A stretch of 64,000 nt of DNA from assembly GCA_964036045.1 (NCBI GenBank), contig OZ038378.1:11656001-11720000 (forward strand), given 5' to 3'. Shown in pieces: positions 36,601 to 49,204 of this stretch; position 1 is the stretch's first letter, and each line of letters opens with the position of its first letter. The translations under genes were made by a program, and so were the position numbers. The notes beneath the pieces were generated by a model. That model had not been told where the DNA came from, did no database searches, and saw nothing but the letters and a program-made list of their open reading frames with translations. Source of the DNA: Eutreptiella sp. 'Long Island Sound 2002' (Eukaryota; Protista; Euglenida).

Positions 36601-36750
36601 GTGCACCAGCGGCAATTGGCGACTCCGGGTAAATGATCGGAACGCGGCGGATTAACGATGAATGGAACTGAATCCGGCACCGTAGTCCCTGGGAGCAGAT
36701 TAGGGGTCGATGTCTGAGAAATGGCGAAAATGTAGCCAATTAGGGGCAAA
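33640..36750 (-). pseudogene. Decayed retroelement ORF1/gag-like coding remnant
   Basis: Frameshifted minus-strand peptide YNGKPRQWSQ/QREFKLWVKTQKLQEHQFLTTLLECIEG (34960-34850), then LTFGEVWKPLE. Flanking protein-like frames carry scattered stops. Boundaries are uncertain. Confidence 0.4.
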
Positions 36751-39700
36751 TCTGCGATGGGGGATAACCGCACTTACATGCCATTGGCGCCAAGTTTCAG
36801 TGTAACCGGCATGTAGAACGAGGAGACACCTGCAACTGCCGTCACAGTTCTGTTAGCAACATGGTACTTTTGATTCCACTCTCACCTACGTTAGCCGTGT
36901 CTGTAAATAGTACAATTGATGCAACGTGTGGTATAACTATTAAAAATAAAAGAATTATTGAAATTCATTGGACTATATGTTTTGGTACAAAACCGATGGG
37001 TGACATCATATTTTGAAAACATCTTTTGTCACCCGTGACTGCGAAAGAAGACTACTACTTTTACGATACATTGCTTTGAGTTTTGAAGGTGTGAACCGGG
37101 CACAAGATGAGATACTTCATCAAAACGCTGATGCCGTTCTAATGAAAGAAGTTCAAGACGATTTGCGTCTCATTATGTTGATAGAAATTGCACAAGACAC
37201 GAATGACTCTTGGATGACAGAAGTTCAGTGAGATATGCGCCACAATCTATTGAGAAAGACCCAAGAACACATAGGTTGCGTTTTGATGAGCAGATTTCCG
37301 GAAGTTATGTGTGGCGTTCGGTGGATACGAAGTTGAGGATTGAGAAGAATTCGGAGAAACCGGAGTAACGTTTGCATGTTGATGGCAACAAGCGCAATTG
37401 AAGAGCGGTTACTCGGCATGTAAAGGAGGAGGAGCTTGGTTAATGCAAAGTGTTACCGTGCCTTAAACATGCTTGTTATTTGATCAAGAATCAACTTCAC
37501 CTTGTGAAGCAAAAGATTGCAAAGCATTGCACATCACAATTTATTAGATAAACGCCCGTTTCCAACACTATGAGACCACTCAGAAGCGGAGTTTCGAGGC
37601 CGCTAACATACAGCCCGTCGAACATAGAGCTAAGCTGCAATGGCTTTAGAATCAATGAAGTGCACGTGACAGGACTATGTTAAGGTCAAAAGACAAATCT
37701 AGCTACTCACAAAGCTTGCGTTTGCCTGGTGCAAAAGTGTGTTGGGACAACACTATTGTTTCGGCGCACAACACGGACATGGTATATAACCGAGTGTGAT
37801 CTTGATGATTGGTAATTGCTCCGATGAAATGGTTTGAATTTCGATTTCAAAACTCTTCCAAACTTTAGACTTCACAGCCCCGCTCCTTACCGTATTGTGC
37901 TAAAAATCGAATAGAACTGTGTTCTTTCAAGGTAATTTGTAAACATGACAAAATGTTAGTTTATGTCATACAAAAAAATTTGTTTTCGCGATTCAATACA
38001 TCCATGTTTTTAAAAATGAGTTCCAACACATTTGAAAAGCAGGGCCGCAAGTCGATATTGTCCATTTGCAACGATCATACGCTGAAATAGAAGTGCAAAA
38101 CTGCATGACTACACCAAAGTTGTAAGACGGCATGCTCCTTTGTGCCAAAGATATCTTGTTGCTTTGAAACCCCAATTGCAGGCAAAAGTTTCTCTCTTTG
38201 TGCTTCAAAGACAAAATGCCAAATTGGACCGCTGCATTTTTTTCTCCGTGTCATACGAATGGCAGGAAAATCGAATAGGACATATGAGCTACCGCGAATC
38301 TTAGTCCATGGACCAGTAAAAGCCGTCATCACCCTACTATTTTTGTTTGTTGGCACATCAACAACCCCCTAATGTAACAACAACTATAAGCTAACAAAAT
38401 CAGGAATGATCGGAGCCGCAACATGACATATTGAGTTGGTTACAGTGTACAAATAATATGAAAAACCCCAAAACATTAAACCAACGGTCATCCCTGGTTT
38501 GTTGGTTCATCTCTTGTTATCGGGGCTGGGGTGTTGTATTATTCATCTTTTTAGCTTTGATAATGCTCTGTTGCATTCACAAATGAATCGACATATTGGG
38601 CACAACAAGCGCGCCATGTGACATGACTAGCACAACGCACTAGATAAGACACGTTGCAACGAATTGATTGCTTCGTGTAAACACTCACACTGTTATAATT
38701 ACGATGCTCATTGTGTTCCCTTTCCAACAAAAACACTCACCCATGTGATACAGCCTTGGGGTGAAATTTTCTTCTATGGTCGCACACGGCTTGCATGGTG
38801 CCCAAAATTCACGGCAAAAAAGGACATACTGCGGGGTGGCAAAAGCAAAGAGTTCTAGAAACCTATTTTTCTATGATTGGAAAGTGACGGCGCAAAATAC
38901 TTGGTGGTACCAAACCGAGAGTCAATCGCGATGCTATCCTTGCATTTTCAAAGCAGTACAAAGCCAAAAGCTGCCCGTAAAAGTCCTAAAATAAAAAGGT
39001 TGTTCTGCCCGACACAAAACAGCAAAAATGATCTGTGTCTCAAAAAAAACCTGGAAATTAGAGAGTCCCGTCCTTACCCTTTGCACGGGCAGATGCAGAA
39101 GGAAGTTGCAATGAAATTAGCATGAAAAGCAGCACACCCGTTGACTTGATGCAACAAACACTACTTTTATATGTGCCGTTTTGTGCCATGTGGTGCCGTG
39201 CATAGTGTAGGGTGTGAGTAGTCTAGGTAGCCGGGAAGACTTGGTTTAGCATGTTCAAGGTTTTGTTTCATGTGTTGGCCCTTGTCCTGTGGTGCTGACC
39301 AAAAGAACCCCACTTTGAACCAAAAAACCCCTGTCTTGTCCCAAAAAAACCCAAAAAATGTACCAAAAAAAACCCTGTTGGTACCAAAAACTCCCCTTCT
39401 GACCTTGCCGGAATGGATCCCCACAAAATCAATATGCGCCAACAAAAGCACCCTTTCTACCAACAAGCCACCTGCCTTCCCCACATGTGCTACACTTGCG
39501 GACCGTTGTGCACCAAAAAGCCAACTTGGTTGCCCCCTTTCGTACTACTAAAAACCCATAGGATGGGTTTCCTCGGGGTTTCCTCCTTTCCACCACTTTC
39601 TACAACATTTAGGTCCACCATCAGGTCCGTCTTTCTGGGGGGTGAAAACTTTCCACTACAGCCGTTTGCTTCCTTTCTTATGCTGCCATCTGCCCTTTCA

Positions 39701-41000
39701 TAGTTTCCCTGTTGCACACTTACTGCTGCAGGCCCCCCCCCCCCCCCTGCAGTGTGCCCTTTGGATCTTTTCTGGGACTTCATTCACAATGGGTTGCTTC
39801 TTTTTCCGGGGCTCAACCCTAGGTCAGCCCCGTCCAGCAAACCCCCCTCCCCCTCTGCCGCCCCCATCTGTGCGTATTTGTGTCATATTTCCAGTCCCAA
39901 AACAGCCACCTCCTGTGGGCAATATGCATGAAAAACAGCATCTAATGCAGGTGATCCAGCAAACCACTGAGATCAGATTGAACAATTATTCTGTCCCTTT
40001 CGACAATGATTCTGCATAAGCCTGGTGCAATATGAACATGGAATGGAATGGAGTGAAATGTAAAATTGGAGTGATTGCCTTTTGGCCATGGGTAGGTGAA
40101 GATAAGGCGGGTCAAGGTTGCAAACACATGGGCCAAGGGTTGCAAAACGTGAGCCCAGGGTTACAAAAAATTGGGGCAACCAAGCTAAAGCGAATGGATG
40201 ATGGTGTGTTGAGCCAACCATGAGCCTCTCCCACCACGGAACAGGACCTGGTAACTTGGCAGCAGAGCATTCAGCCAAAGCCCATGAGAAACGAATTTCG
40301 ATTCCTGAAATCCGCCAGGCCTTTTTTGCTACCTGCAGGGCAGAGGCGTGCGGTAGCAAATACCCTGAGACAGACTTGAACATGACAGGGAGCTTTGGTC
40401 AGGAATGGACATTTGAAGGTTTCCAAAACATTCGGGGTGACAGTGACCTGTTGAGGACATGAGGGCACCAGAAAGAGGCTGGGTGCTGCCCTCTGCTCTG
40501 TAAAAGCTGCTGTGAGCTGTGCCCGGATGGTCCAGGCCAGCGGAGGGGCGTGCGGTTCAACAAAAAAGGAAATCACAACTCAGCAACAGCAGCACAGTCC
40601 CCCGCTGGTCCTTAGAAGGTCTGCCAAAGCCACCACCGCCGCTCCACGGGTTCGATTTCTCCATCGGCGGCCGGTCGTTGCTGTCAAACCATCCAAGACC
40701 CATACGGTATCAATACCCCCCCCCCCCCCATCGAGCATGGCAAAGCGTTTTTTGTGCAACTGCAGGCCCTGAGCAGTTCGATTGTGCTGTGACTACCCCT
40801 GCCCCTTCCCATCGCCCCGCTGGTTTTGGATAGGGATTCAGGCTTTTCTTCTCAGCAATCCTGACATATGTGTGGCTCTGTGTAGCCGCATACCGCTGTG
40901 TAGCCAAGCATGCGGCTCTGTGCCGCTGTGTGTTGGTGTTGGTGTGGGTGTGACTCTGTGCGGTTCTGTGCGTGGCTTCGTGTGCCCGTGCGTGGCACGT

Positions 41001-41652
41001 TCAAGTTGCGTCCCCCGCTGCCGGCTTGCGGCGGTGGTGGGACCCCGCGGCCTTGCGGTGGTGCGCACCATGCTCCTCCTTCGGCACAGACAGCCCGCGG
41101 GTGTTGCGAGGGTCTGTGACGTCAGTGGCGGGCGTGGCGTTCCACCACTGCGGCGGCTCACCCGCCCGCGATGCCTCCACCATCGCATCAAAGCGCGGCA
41201 TGAACACCTTTGCGCCGCCCTGAAAGTGCACGGAGTCAAAGCGCACGCGCGTCGTGTTGTACAGCCATCCAAACACTGCGCCTTCAGCGATCAGCAGCAC
41301 CTTCTCGGCCAGCAGCACTCGTCTGCCCTTCGCCTTTTCGCCAGCTGCTCGCACTGCGAACGCCATGGCGTAGCCTTGCTCCACGCCCCAGTTGAGCATG
41401 TGGTCAAGCGTCCGTGGCACGCCAGGCGTGGCGCTGCCGGGGCCGCCGTGGCTCCAGTAGCCGGCAGGAGTGTCCCAGCCGCCACATGTCATGATGGTGC
41501 CGGCCAGCGAGCCGTTCCAAGAATACTTGAGGGGGCGTGCCGGGCAGGGACGCGGCCAGTACGTGTCGAGCGAGACCCAGCCTTGTGCGGCCAGGAGGTG
41601 TGGGTACGCCATATCACTGCCCATGCCCCCGATCCAGTCGCCAGTCGCGTAC
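41001..41652 (-). CDS. Glycosyltransferase-like gene, exon 2 (terminal)
   Basis: Polypyrimidine tract plus CCCAAG| acceptor, phase 2. Encodes GGMGSDM and DSVHFQGGAKVFM, resembling the SDM and LHFQGxAK motifs of an uncharacterised GT-like family. GC-rich coding composition. Confidence 0.7.
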
Positions 41653-44079
41653 CTTGGGTGGCAGGAACGGGGTGAGGCAAAGAGGGCAGGAGGGAAAGTG
41701 GCCGGCAGGGAGCAGGGAGGTAGGGAGGGAGGGAGGGAGGGTGGGTGGGTGGACAGGAGTGAGAAAAGGAGGGTGTCGGAGTTGGAGTGAGGCGTCATAC
41801 CGTGCCCAAACCGCCCCCCCAGGGACCGTTTAAGTGGCTGTCATTCGGACTTCTTACCGGCCCTGTCTCTGCAGTTTATGCTTGCCTCTTTCCCTACCCC
41901 TGCCCATCCCCGGCGTGTGGTGTTCTCTGCCATTGTCCAGCTACTGCAACACCTCTATTGACGGGGGGGGGGGGGGCAGAGGGAGATGGGGGCTGGTACG
42001 GCGATTAGTCAACCGGAACACAACATGCAGAGTGTCACCCGCAAGTCACACGATTTATCAACCAAGACGTCACGGGCACTTGCTTCGACGGCAGCAACAA
42101 AATTGGCACCTCTGATGAGTATCAGCAGTACGACAAAGGGGTGTAATGTGTCAGAACACGTGCCATAAGGCAAGGAGGCCTATGTCATGTATGCGGTAAG
42201 AGGGTGCAGGGGTGCTCGGACTTTCAATGTGGGGGGGGGGGGGTTCATTAGAGCCCCTGGCTGAAACCCCCCCAAATAAAAGGGCTCCATTGACGGGACC
42301 CCCCAAACAACCCAGGAACATTCCAGGTTTCAATGGAGGGGGGAGGCAAGGGCGGGGGGATGGATGGATGGATGGATGCATGGCGTGAGAATTTGCGGGG
42401 CAAATCCCAGGGACATGGGCCAATAGCTCTGTTTTGTTGCAGTCCCTACCAGCAGTGCTTCTTGAATTAGCGCTTAGCTGACATGGTACTCAGGCTCTTG
42501 TGTGGTAGAGCTCAAGACCTGTCAGCTTATGGTGGGCAACTTTAGGCAGCACGCCCCCCCCGGACTGCCGTAGAGCGTTAAGGCAACTCAAAGCACCCAG
42601 GCCCCCCACTGGGTGCCGACAAGCACAATAAGAGGGATGAGGGGAGGGAGGGAGGGGAGGTTCTACTAATGTACATGCACCCTGTTCGAGTGCCTCACTT
42701 GCTCCGCAGCACTCCCTGAAGCTACTCCCATAGAGGCAACTCAAATAGGGGCAACGCACTATGGGTTCTGCAGCACAAGCAGGGCACCAGGGTACCGAGA
42801 AGAGACCGGGAGGGGATTGGAGGAGGAGAGAAGGAGGGGACGCATTCGCCGTTGGGCAACTTCAGGCGACTAGGGCCCCTTTCGTGCCGTCTGTTGGGCA
42901 ACTTCAAGCAGACGGAGCCCCCTCCGGCTGCCGGAACCCGCTTGTCCGATCTGTTCACGATGGCCAAACGCCAACCCCCCCCCCCCACCACAGGAAGGTC
43001 ACCTGCTCTAGGGTTTGCTTGGGTGTGGGAGGGGGGTGTTGTACCAGGGGCAGAATGGGGGGCATGGGATTGGATTTAGATTTGGATTTGGAATTGGGGG
43101 CCAATCTTAAGGCTCGCAAGACGCCTAGGGTGACACACGATGGCATCCCCGATGACTCTGCATATCGGCAGGCCATGCCATATGATGCACACCCAAGTCC
43201 TCGACGGGCCTCTCCCACTGGCCCCCTCAGGCCGTGCCAGCCCCCGGCAGCTTTGAGCCAAGCCCCGCTAGCCGTGCGGGGCGCCCTTGGTGCTCGCCGT
43301 GGCGGCCCGCACAGTCCTTGCCAGACCGGTTGTCCCGGCGCTCTCGCCCTTACGTAAGCACGCCCGGGTCCACAGCCACGCCGTGCCTTGCCCAAACATC
43401 CCCCGTTCCACTGCGGGGCTCTCGCCGAAAAGTATTTTCAAAATTTGTGCCCCTGTCCCCTTTCACTGGTGCTTTCTTGCCGGCCCCTTTGTCCTCTGCG
43501 GGTTGTCTCCATGCAACACCCACATCCCCTGGCCTTCGGTTGTGTGCGTCTCACCCGCGCACCCTGCAACCTGCAACCTGCAACCTCCTCCCCTGCACGA
43601 GCACTGAGCGTGTCATTTGGCGCATAATGCTTCGTCTCGTGTGTATCGGGTGTCCTGCAGGCTGGCTCTCAAGCTTGGTTGCACCACCACTGGAGGCTTG
43701 TCGTGCCCACGGGGGTGGGCCCTGCTCCCTCGGCAGTCGGTTTACACTGGGGTCTCGTGCGGAGGCACCAGCGATCCTTGCCCGGGGTAGTTGGTGGCGG
43801 CCGACCTCGGGCGCGATGGGCGTCGGGGGTAGGGGGGGGGGAGGGTATGGGCTAGGGCACAGAGAGTTAGGGGAGAGGGCGGGGTCAGCTCACGAGGTAC
43901 TCGTCGTCCTCGTCCACCCCAACCTCTAGATCCATATCCACGCCCACGTCGTGATTCAATATGCCAGCGGGCTCCTCCGGCGGCGGCTCCTCCGTCGCCG
44001 GTCCGCTGCAAAGAGGGCTGTGAGCGCCCGTAGAAGGCCCCTCGGTGCACACTCCATTGGGAACGGCAGGAGTGGGCCC

Positions 44080-44830
44080 CTACCCATGGGCTGGAGGGTG
44101 TGGCCTTTGAGCAGCATGCGCTCGGTCCCTAGCACCACGACCATCTCCAATGCGACGTCTTGTTGCAAGGCCCACGCGCAGGCTGACGTCGTGCGGCATG
44201 AGGACAGCCACTGGTAGCACGCTGCCCACTAGATTGGGGTGTGAACCCACCAACGCGACGACGCCCTCCCCCATGGCATACCGCAGGAGGGTGGCCATGC
44301 TAGCAAGCAGCCACGCCAAGCCCATGGGCCAGTACAAGCTGCCTAGTGGAGCAGCTAAGGCCAGCGAGACGCTGGCAGGAGGGAAGTCCATTCCCCAACT
44401 ACGCGCAGATAGGTGGCCATCAGCTTGGCCCGGTGAATGATGGGCAAAGCGGCTGGACCCCAAGTCCACAGCAACCCTCACCAGGTCACCGCCACATCCC
44501 ATTCTATGGACTGGGCTTGGACAAGGATGTCAGTGTCCTGCACAATGTGCCACTGCGAGACCGCGTCGCCGCAGTTGTACACGCGGGCGCCCATGGTGTC
44601 CATCCACGGCAGATTGCATCCCTCACGCGCAAGGGCGCGTGCTACCGCGCGGGACCCCACGAGCGCCGCCGCCACAACGAACACACACTCAGGCGCCATG
44701 TGCTCCCCCAAATTGTAGCAGGGGGCGGAGCCGTACGCGTGCGCAGTGGGGCTCACATATGCGCGACGTGTGCGTGGTGGGCGCAATGCGGACCCACACC
44801 GCAAACTGCATGCCCTCGGCGGTGATTGCA
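44080..44830 (-). pseudogene. Possible decayed retrotransposon fragment (gag knuckle plus RT-like segment) in the GT intron
   Basis: CYNLGEHMAPEC and VYNCGD resemble degenerate CCHC knuckles. WPMGLAW...LLRYAMGEGVVALV weakly resembles the RT LPxGL region. Confidence 0.3.
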
Positions 44831-44912
44831 CCTTTGCTTACAGTGTGGGCCCACACATGCATAGCAGGGGATTGGAAGGGGAGGGGGGCACTTACTTGGG
44901 GTGAGAATACAC

Positions 44913-45125
44913 CTAGGTCAAACAATAACCCTAACTCTAATCCTAACCCTACCCCTACCTTTGAGGCGAACTAGGGAACAATGGTAGCTGCATACCTGCT
45001 ACTTGGTGCCACGGGGCAATAGAGCGAGGGGGGCGGGGGGGCAGGGGTTTGAAAGGACAGTGCGACATTTTCTTGGGGGAAGGGTAGGGCTAGGTCAAAC
45101 TCTAAACCTAAACCTAACACTAACC
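44913..45125 (+). repeat. Two interstitial degenerate telomere-like (CCCTAA-type) tracts, each preceded by CTAGGTCAAAC
   Basis: TAACCCTAACTCTAATCCTAACCCTACCCCTACC (44926-44959) and CTCTAAACCTAAACCTAACACTAACC (45100-45125). Confidence 0.6.
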
Positions 45126-45231
45126 AAGATTGAATATTCGGACCGAGCTGGTGGGGGAAGGAGCATCGTCTAGGAGACTTCAACGACAAATGAGGTACGC
45201 ACTAGAAAGTGGATAAGAGCGGCTCAAAAGG

Positions 45232-45590
45232 GGCTCAAAATGAGTTGTATTCATCCGTTTGGGCACCACAACTAGACTAGTCATTTTTGGAAAACCATGG
45301 TTTTGACCCGTTTTTGAGCCATTTGTGGTCCCAAATTGGCCCATTTTCAAGGCTCAAAATGGGCTCATTTCACTTGTTTAGGCACCCCAAGTGGTGTAGG
45401 ATCATTTTTGGAAAAACAATTTTTTGACCCATTTTTGACCCATTGTTGGTTGCAAAACAACCCATTTTCAAGGCATTTTGGGATTTTAGGAGGGCCAAAA
45501 CGGGCCACCACAAGCTCAAACCGCGCCAAAATCACTTGTTTTGGCATTCCATCTGGTCCAAGATCATTTTTGAAAAAAGTCATTTTTTTT
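45232..45590 (+). repeat. Three diverged tandem ~120-160-bp units with T/A tracts
   Basis: GGCTCAAAAT...GGCA...TCATTTTTGGAAAA...TTTTGACCC recurs at 45232, 45351 and ~45513. Confidence 0.7.
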
Positions 45591-47286
45591 TGCACTCCCT
45601 CTTTGGGCTACCTCTTGCAACTTGCCGCAGCGCACTGGGCCTAGGTACAGGGGTCTAGGCGTCGGGTAGACTTTTGAGGGGTGGAAACCACCAAAAGTGG
45701 GTGGTTGCGGGTGGATTAGGTGCACTCGAAATCGCGTTTTGAGCCACGTAGCCCAAGATATGGTCTGTTTTTGGTTTGGGGCCGTCGGCGGCCAATGTGC
45801 ACAAATTCTGGGGCTTTTGGGGGCCTTTTGGGGGCGGTTCGCAGACATATTGTGGAGTTAGAGGGCCCTAGAGGGCCCTTCGGCACGGGGAAGTCTAGCC
45901 GCATGTGTAGAGTGGCCCTATTTTCCTTCACTTGGCCATTTTCAGCAGGTTCTAGGGTGGGTTTGGCAGGGAAAAAAAAGGCTGATTTTGGCCCTAAATT
46001 GCAGATTTTGAAATGGAGCAGCACTTGCGACGCCCGTTCCCTTGAGGTTGTGGCTCATACTTTGTTGTCCCTCACACCCATAGGTAGCATCCACCAAAAT
46101 TTTGGCCGAATCCGAAGCACCACGACGGAGCTGTGATTTTTGCCCATTTCGTGTGTGCTTGCTGCTTGCTTGCTGCTTGCTTGCCAAACCTGTTAGGTCC
46201 ACCCTAGACACTAAAGAGGGTTATAAAACCAAGACCGGTTCCACCAGCTCGGTGACCCTAGCCCTAAGGCTACTTAGGTAACAAGGGCAACTGCATACCT
46301 GCTGCTCGAGGCATATACCATGGTGAGAACTTTACGTTGTATGTTGTCGCTATGTTGTCGCTATCATTCTAGCGACATGTGGTGGGCATGCATGCATCAC
46401 CCTTTTTACACTGACCACCGTGGACGAAATTCTCCTTCTGGCACCCTTGGCCCCAAGGGAAATAATGGCCCTTCTCATGAGAACCCTTTTCCAAGATCCC
46501 CCCCCAATTTTTGGGGGCTCCCGTGACCCCCCCCCCCCCTCCAGAGCAAAAGTCCAACTTTCCCAGCACATCCCATACAGACCAACCCTGAATCACCTGT
46601 ACCTGCAACTGCCTCCCTGCCTACACCTGGGCCTCGAGGAGACTCCAGGAACTTCTCCGGAATCCTGTCCCATCTCAAGCATCCTCGACTCCCTTGCCCT
46701 GACGAGCTGGTCTCCGACACCCCTGATGTCTCTTCCCTGTTGCGATGACATGCGGCTGTGGTGTAGTGTACATGGATTGAAAGTGGAATACTTTGTGAGC
46801 CCGGAATTCGCAAGTTTAGCCACGATTCCTGAGACCTGTGCGGTCATTTTCCTGCTGGTGTAGTGCTTGTACGCAGACCTCCATGTGGTCCTCTAGTGAC
46901 GTTGTGACTTCGGTGTGATGCTTGTTCTCATCACTTCGCTTGCTCCCTCCGATTGTCCGTGCATTGCGCAGGGCCTTACCCCCGCTCCATCATGTCCAGG
47001 GGTATCCTGAGTTGATAGAGTTTCGATTGTGGTCTCAGAGCCCGGCTTGTGTGGGCTGCGGGCGATGCACCGATTGCAGTTCGCTGTCCCCCAACCAACT
47101 CACCCCATACCCGGCGGGTATGGGCGCAGCGGAGGCAGATGACGCCCTTTGGTGATTGGCTGAGGCAAGTCGATCGTGAAATGCCTCCCTACATGAGAGG
47201 TACTTTGTGCAGGGGCACGGCGCGCTGACGCAGGGACAGAGGGAGGAAGCGAGGGAAAGAGGGCGAAGGAGAGAGGGAGGGAGCAC

Positions 47287-48068
47287 CGCCCAACGAGTAG
47301 CCGCACCAGCGCAAGCATGTAGGGGGTCGTGACGAATGCCGTGTGCAGTGAAGCCATGCACACGGTCTGATTCGCGAAGAGGCCGGCCCGCAGCACCGGG
47401 CGACAGGCATGGTGCGGCCCCGGGATGCGGAAGGACGCAGTGCCGGGGTGCTGGTCTGCCCCGTGGGCCACGCAGATGTCCCGCACGTCGCCGTACAGCA
47501 GCACGTCGTGCTCAATGTGGAATGCGCGCGCGACGCCCAACATCCGCAGGGCCGCGTAGTAATAGAGGTAGCGCACGTGCGTCGGGACCATGTAGTGCGC
47601 GCTGAAGATGTACTTGGAGCTGCCAATGGCGTTGATCTGCGCGCGCGCGTTCGGGAACTCCGCGTCGATACTGGGCTCCAGCACCGCGACCTCGACGAAG
47701 CGGATGCGCAGGTCATCCAGCCGCTGCCGGACCTTGGGCGAGGCGGCGTCCGCGATCACGACCACCGTTGCGTTTGGATTGCTGCGCCGGGTGGCCTCGA
47801 GCGGCAGCAGCCGGGCGTACGGGTAATCCCCAAACCAAACGGAGTAGACAATGGGGATGTCCGCGCAGGTGTGCCCCAGGGCGTCCAGGGGTTGTTGGGC
47901 AGCGGGGGAGGGGGTGTGGCCGCGATCACCAGCAGCGCGGGCTACGGTGGTGGAAAGACGATCGACACGGTGCGAGCGGTGGCGATTGCGGCGGACCCAG
48001 AGGAGGAAGAGGAGGACGTGGAAGGCGGCCACAACAATGAAGAGCCCCCATTTGAAGACTTGGGGCAT
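47287..48068 (-). CDS. Type II membrane glycosyltransferase-like gene, exon 1
   Basis: N-terminal TM (WGLFIVVAAFHVLLFLLWV), stem, PIVYSVWFG, RYLYYYAAL...FHIEHDVLLY (DxD-equivalent). Donor CG|GTGCTC joins exon 2 in frame (477 aa total). Confidence 0.75.
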
Positions 48069-49057
48069 GGCAACATGGGCTCAGTCGAGCGCAGGCCTCT
48101 AATCTCAAGGCGCAGGAAGGCCCCGGTGTGGAGAAGCCATGCACTGAGGAACACAGCATGACCGGGGGCTGGGCTCGGGCTGGGGCCGTACACACCACTT
48201 GGGCTGGACAACCTGGGGCACACACTGTGCCCATGAACACACTGCACAGCAAGCCATGCCACCGCATGCCCTGTACACACCGCTGCACCACACCACAGCA
48301 CAGTGTGTACATGAACACACTGATGCAGATCCAGGGCTATCACCTGGTAAATCCACCGCTGAACACCAGAAACAGAGAGGCCAGACAGGGACAACAGAAC
48401 AAAGACTGGCTTGTGTCTACTGTCCTCGAAAAAGGTGCAGGGCACAGCATGGGCGGGGCATCACGGGTAGCTTCTACTTGTGGCTGCTGGCCAAGTGCTC
48501 AAAGTGCTCGGCAAAATCTGGGCACTGTTTAGTAGCTTGTGGACCCAACTACCCCCCCCCCCCACTTGTCCAGTAAGCGGCTGCGCATGACGGTTCCATC
48601 GCACCCCCGAGGGAACCTACCCCAAGTGACGGTTTCCTGGCTCCCCCGATTACTAGACAAGGGACGCGCGACACAAAACAAGAGAGCGAACACGAGGGCA
48701 TGTGGACCACAAAGTGACCAGGAAATTGCCTGCACGGATGCATGTCAGGGCTACTAAGCAACAGGCTCGGTGTGCCACTTTGGCTGACGCGATTATTTCA
48801 CCTTAAAGAGCTGCACATGCTCAACAGAGGCCACAGGAATGGGCTCTCCAGTCTGAATGTTGGGAATTGACAACAGCACCAGGAGAGCATGTGTCAATAT
48901 TATCGACATTCATGGCTGAAATTGCGAAAAACTAAGTGTTCTGCATGATACAGAGTACAGTGCAGTGCCTTCCATTCAAGAAATTTCAAGTACACAGCAA
49001 TGCACCAACAACAGTACCTCGTCCAACCAGCAAACACACAGGAAAACATCAATATCA

Positions 49058-49204
49058 GGCATAGGTACCTATTGTTTGGGCATAGGTACCTATTGTTTGG
49101 GCATAGGCACCTTTTGTTTGGGCATCAATACCTATCGTTTGGGCATAGGTACCTATCGCTTGGCCATAGGTACCGATGGTTTGGCCACAGGTACCTATTG
49201 TTCC
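49058..49204 (+). repeat. 21-bp tandem minisatellite x7 containing the palindrome ATAGGTACCTAT
   Basis: GGCATAGGTACCTATTGTTTG repeated, diverging toward the 3' end. Confidence 0.92.

Noticed and set aside
37013-37420. AT-rich protein-like plus frames
   Set aside because: Interrupted by stops and no recognisable family; cannot be supported as a gene.
43742-44502. Middle exon of the glycosyltransferase gene
   Set aside because: Exons 1 and 2 join in frame with plausible motif spacing without it, and the segment looks more like retroelement debris.
49058-49204. Palindromic repeat array as a CRISPR
   Set aside because: Units are contiguous with no unique spacers, no cas genes are present, and the context is eukaryotic.
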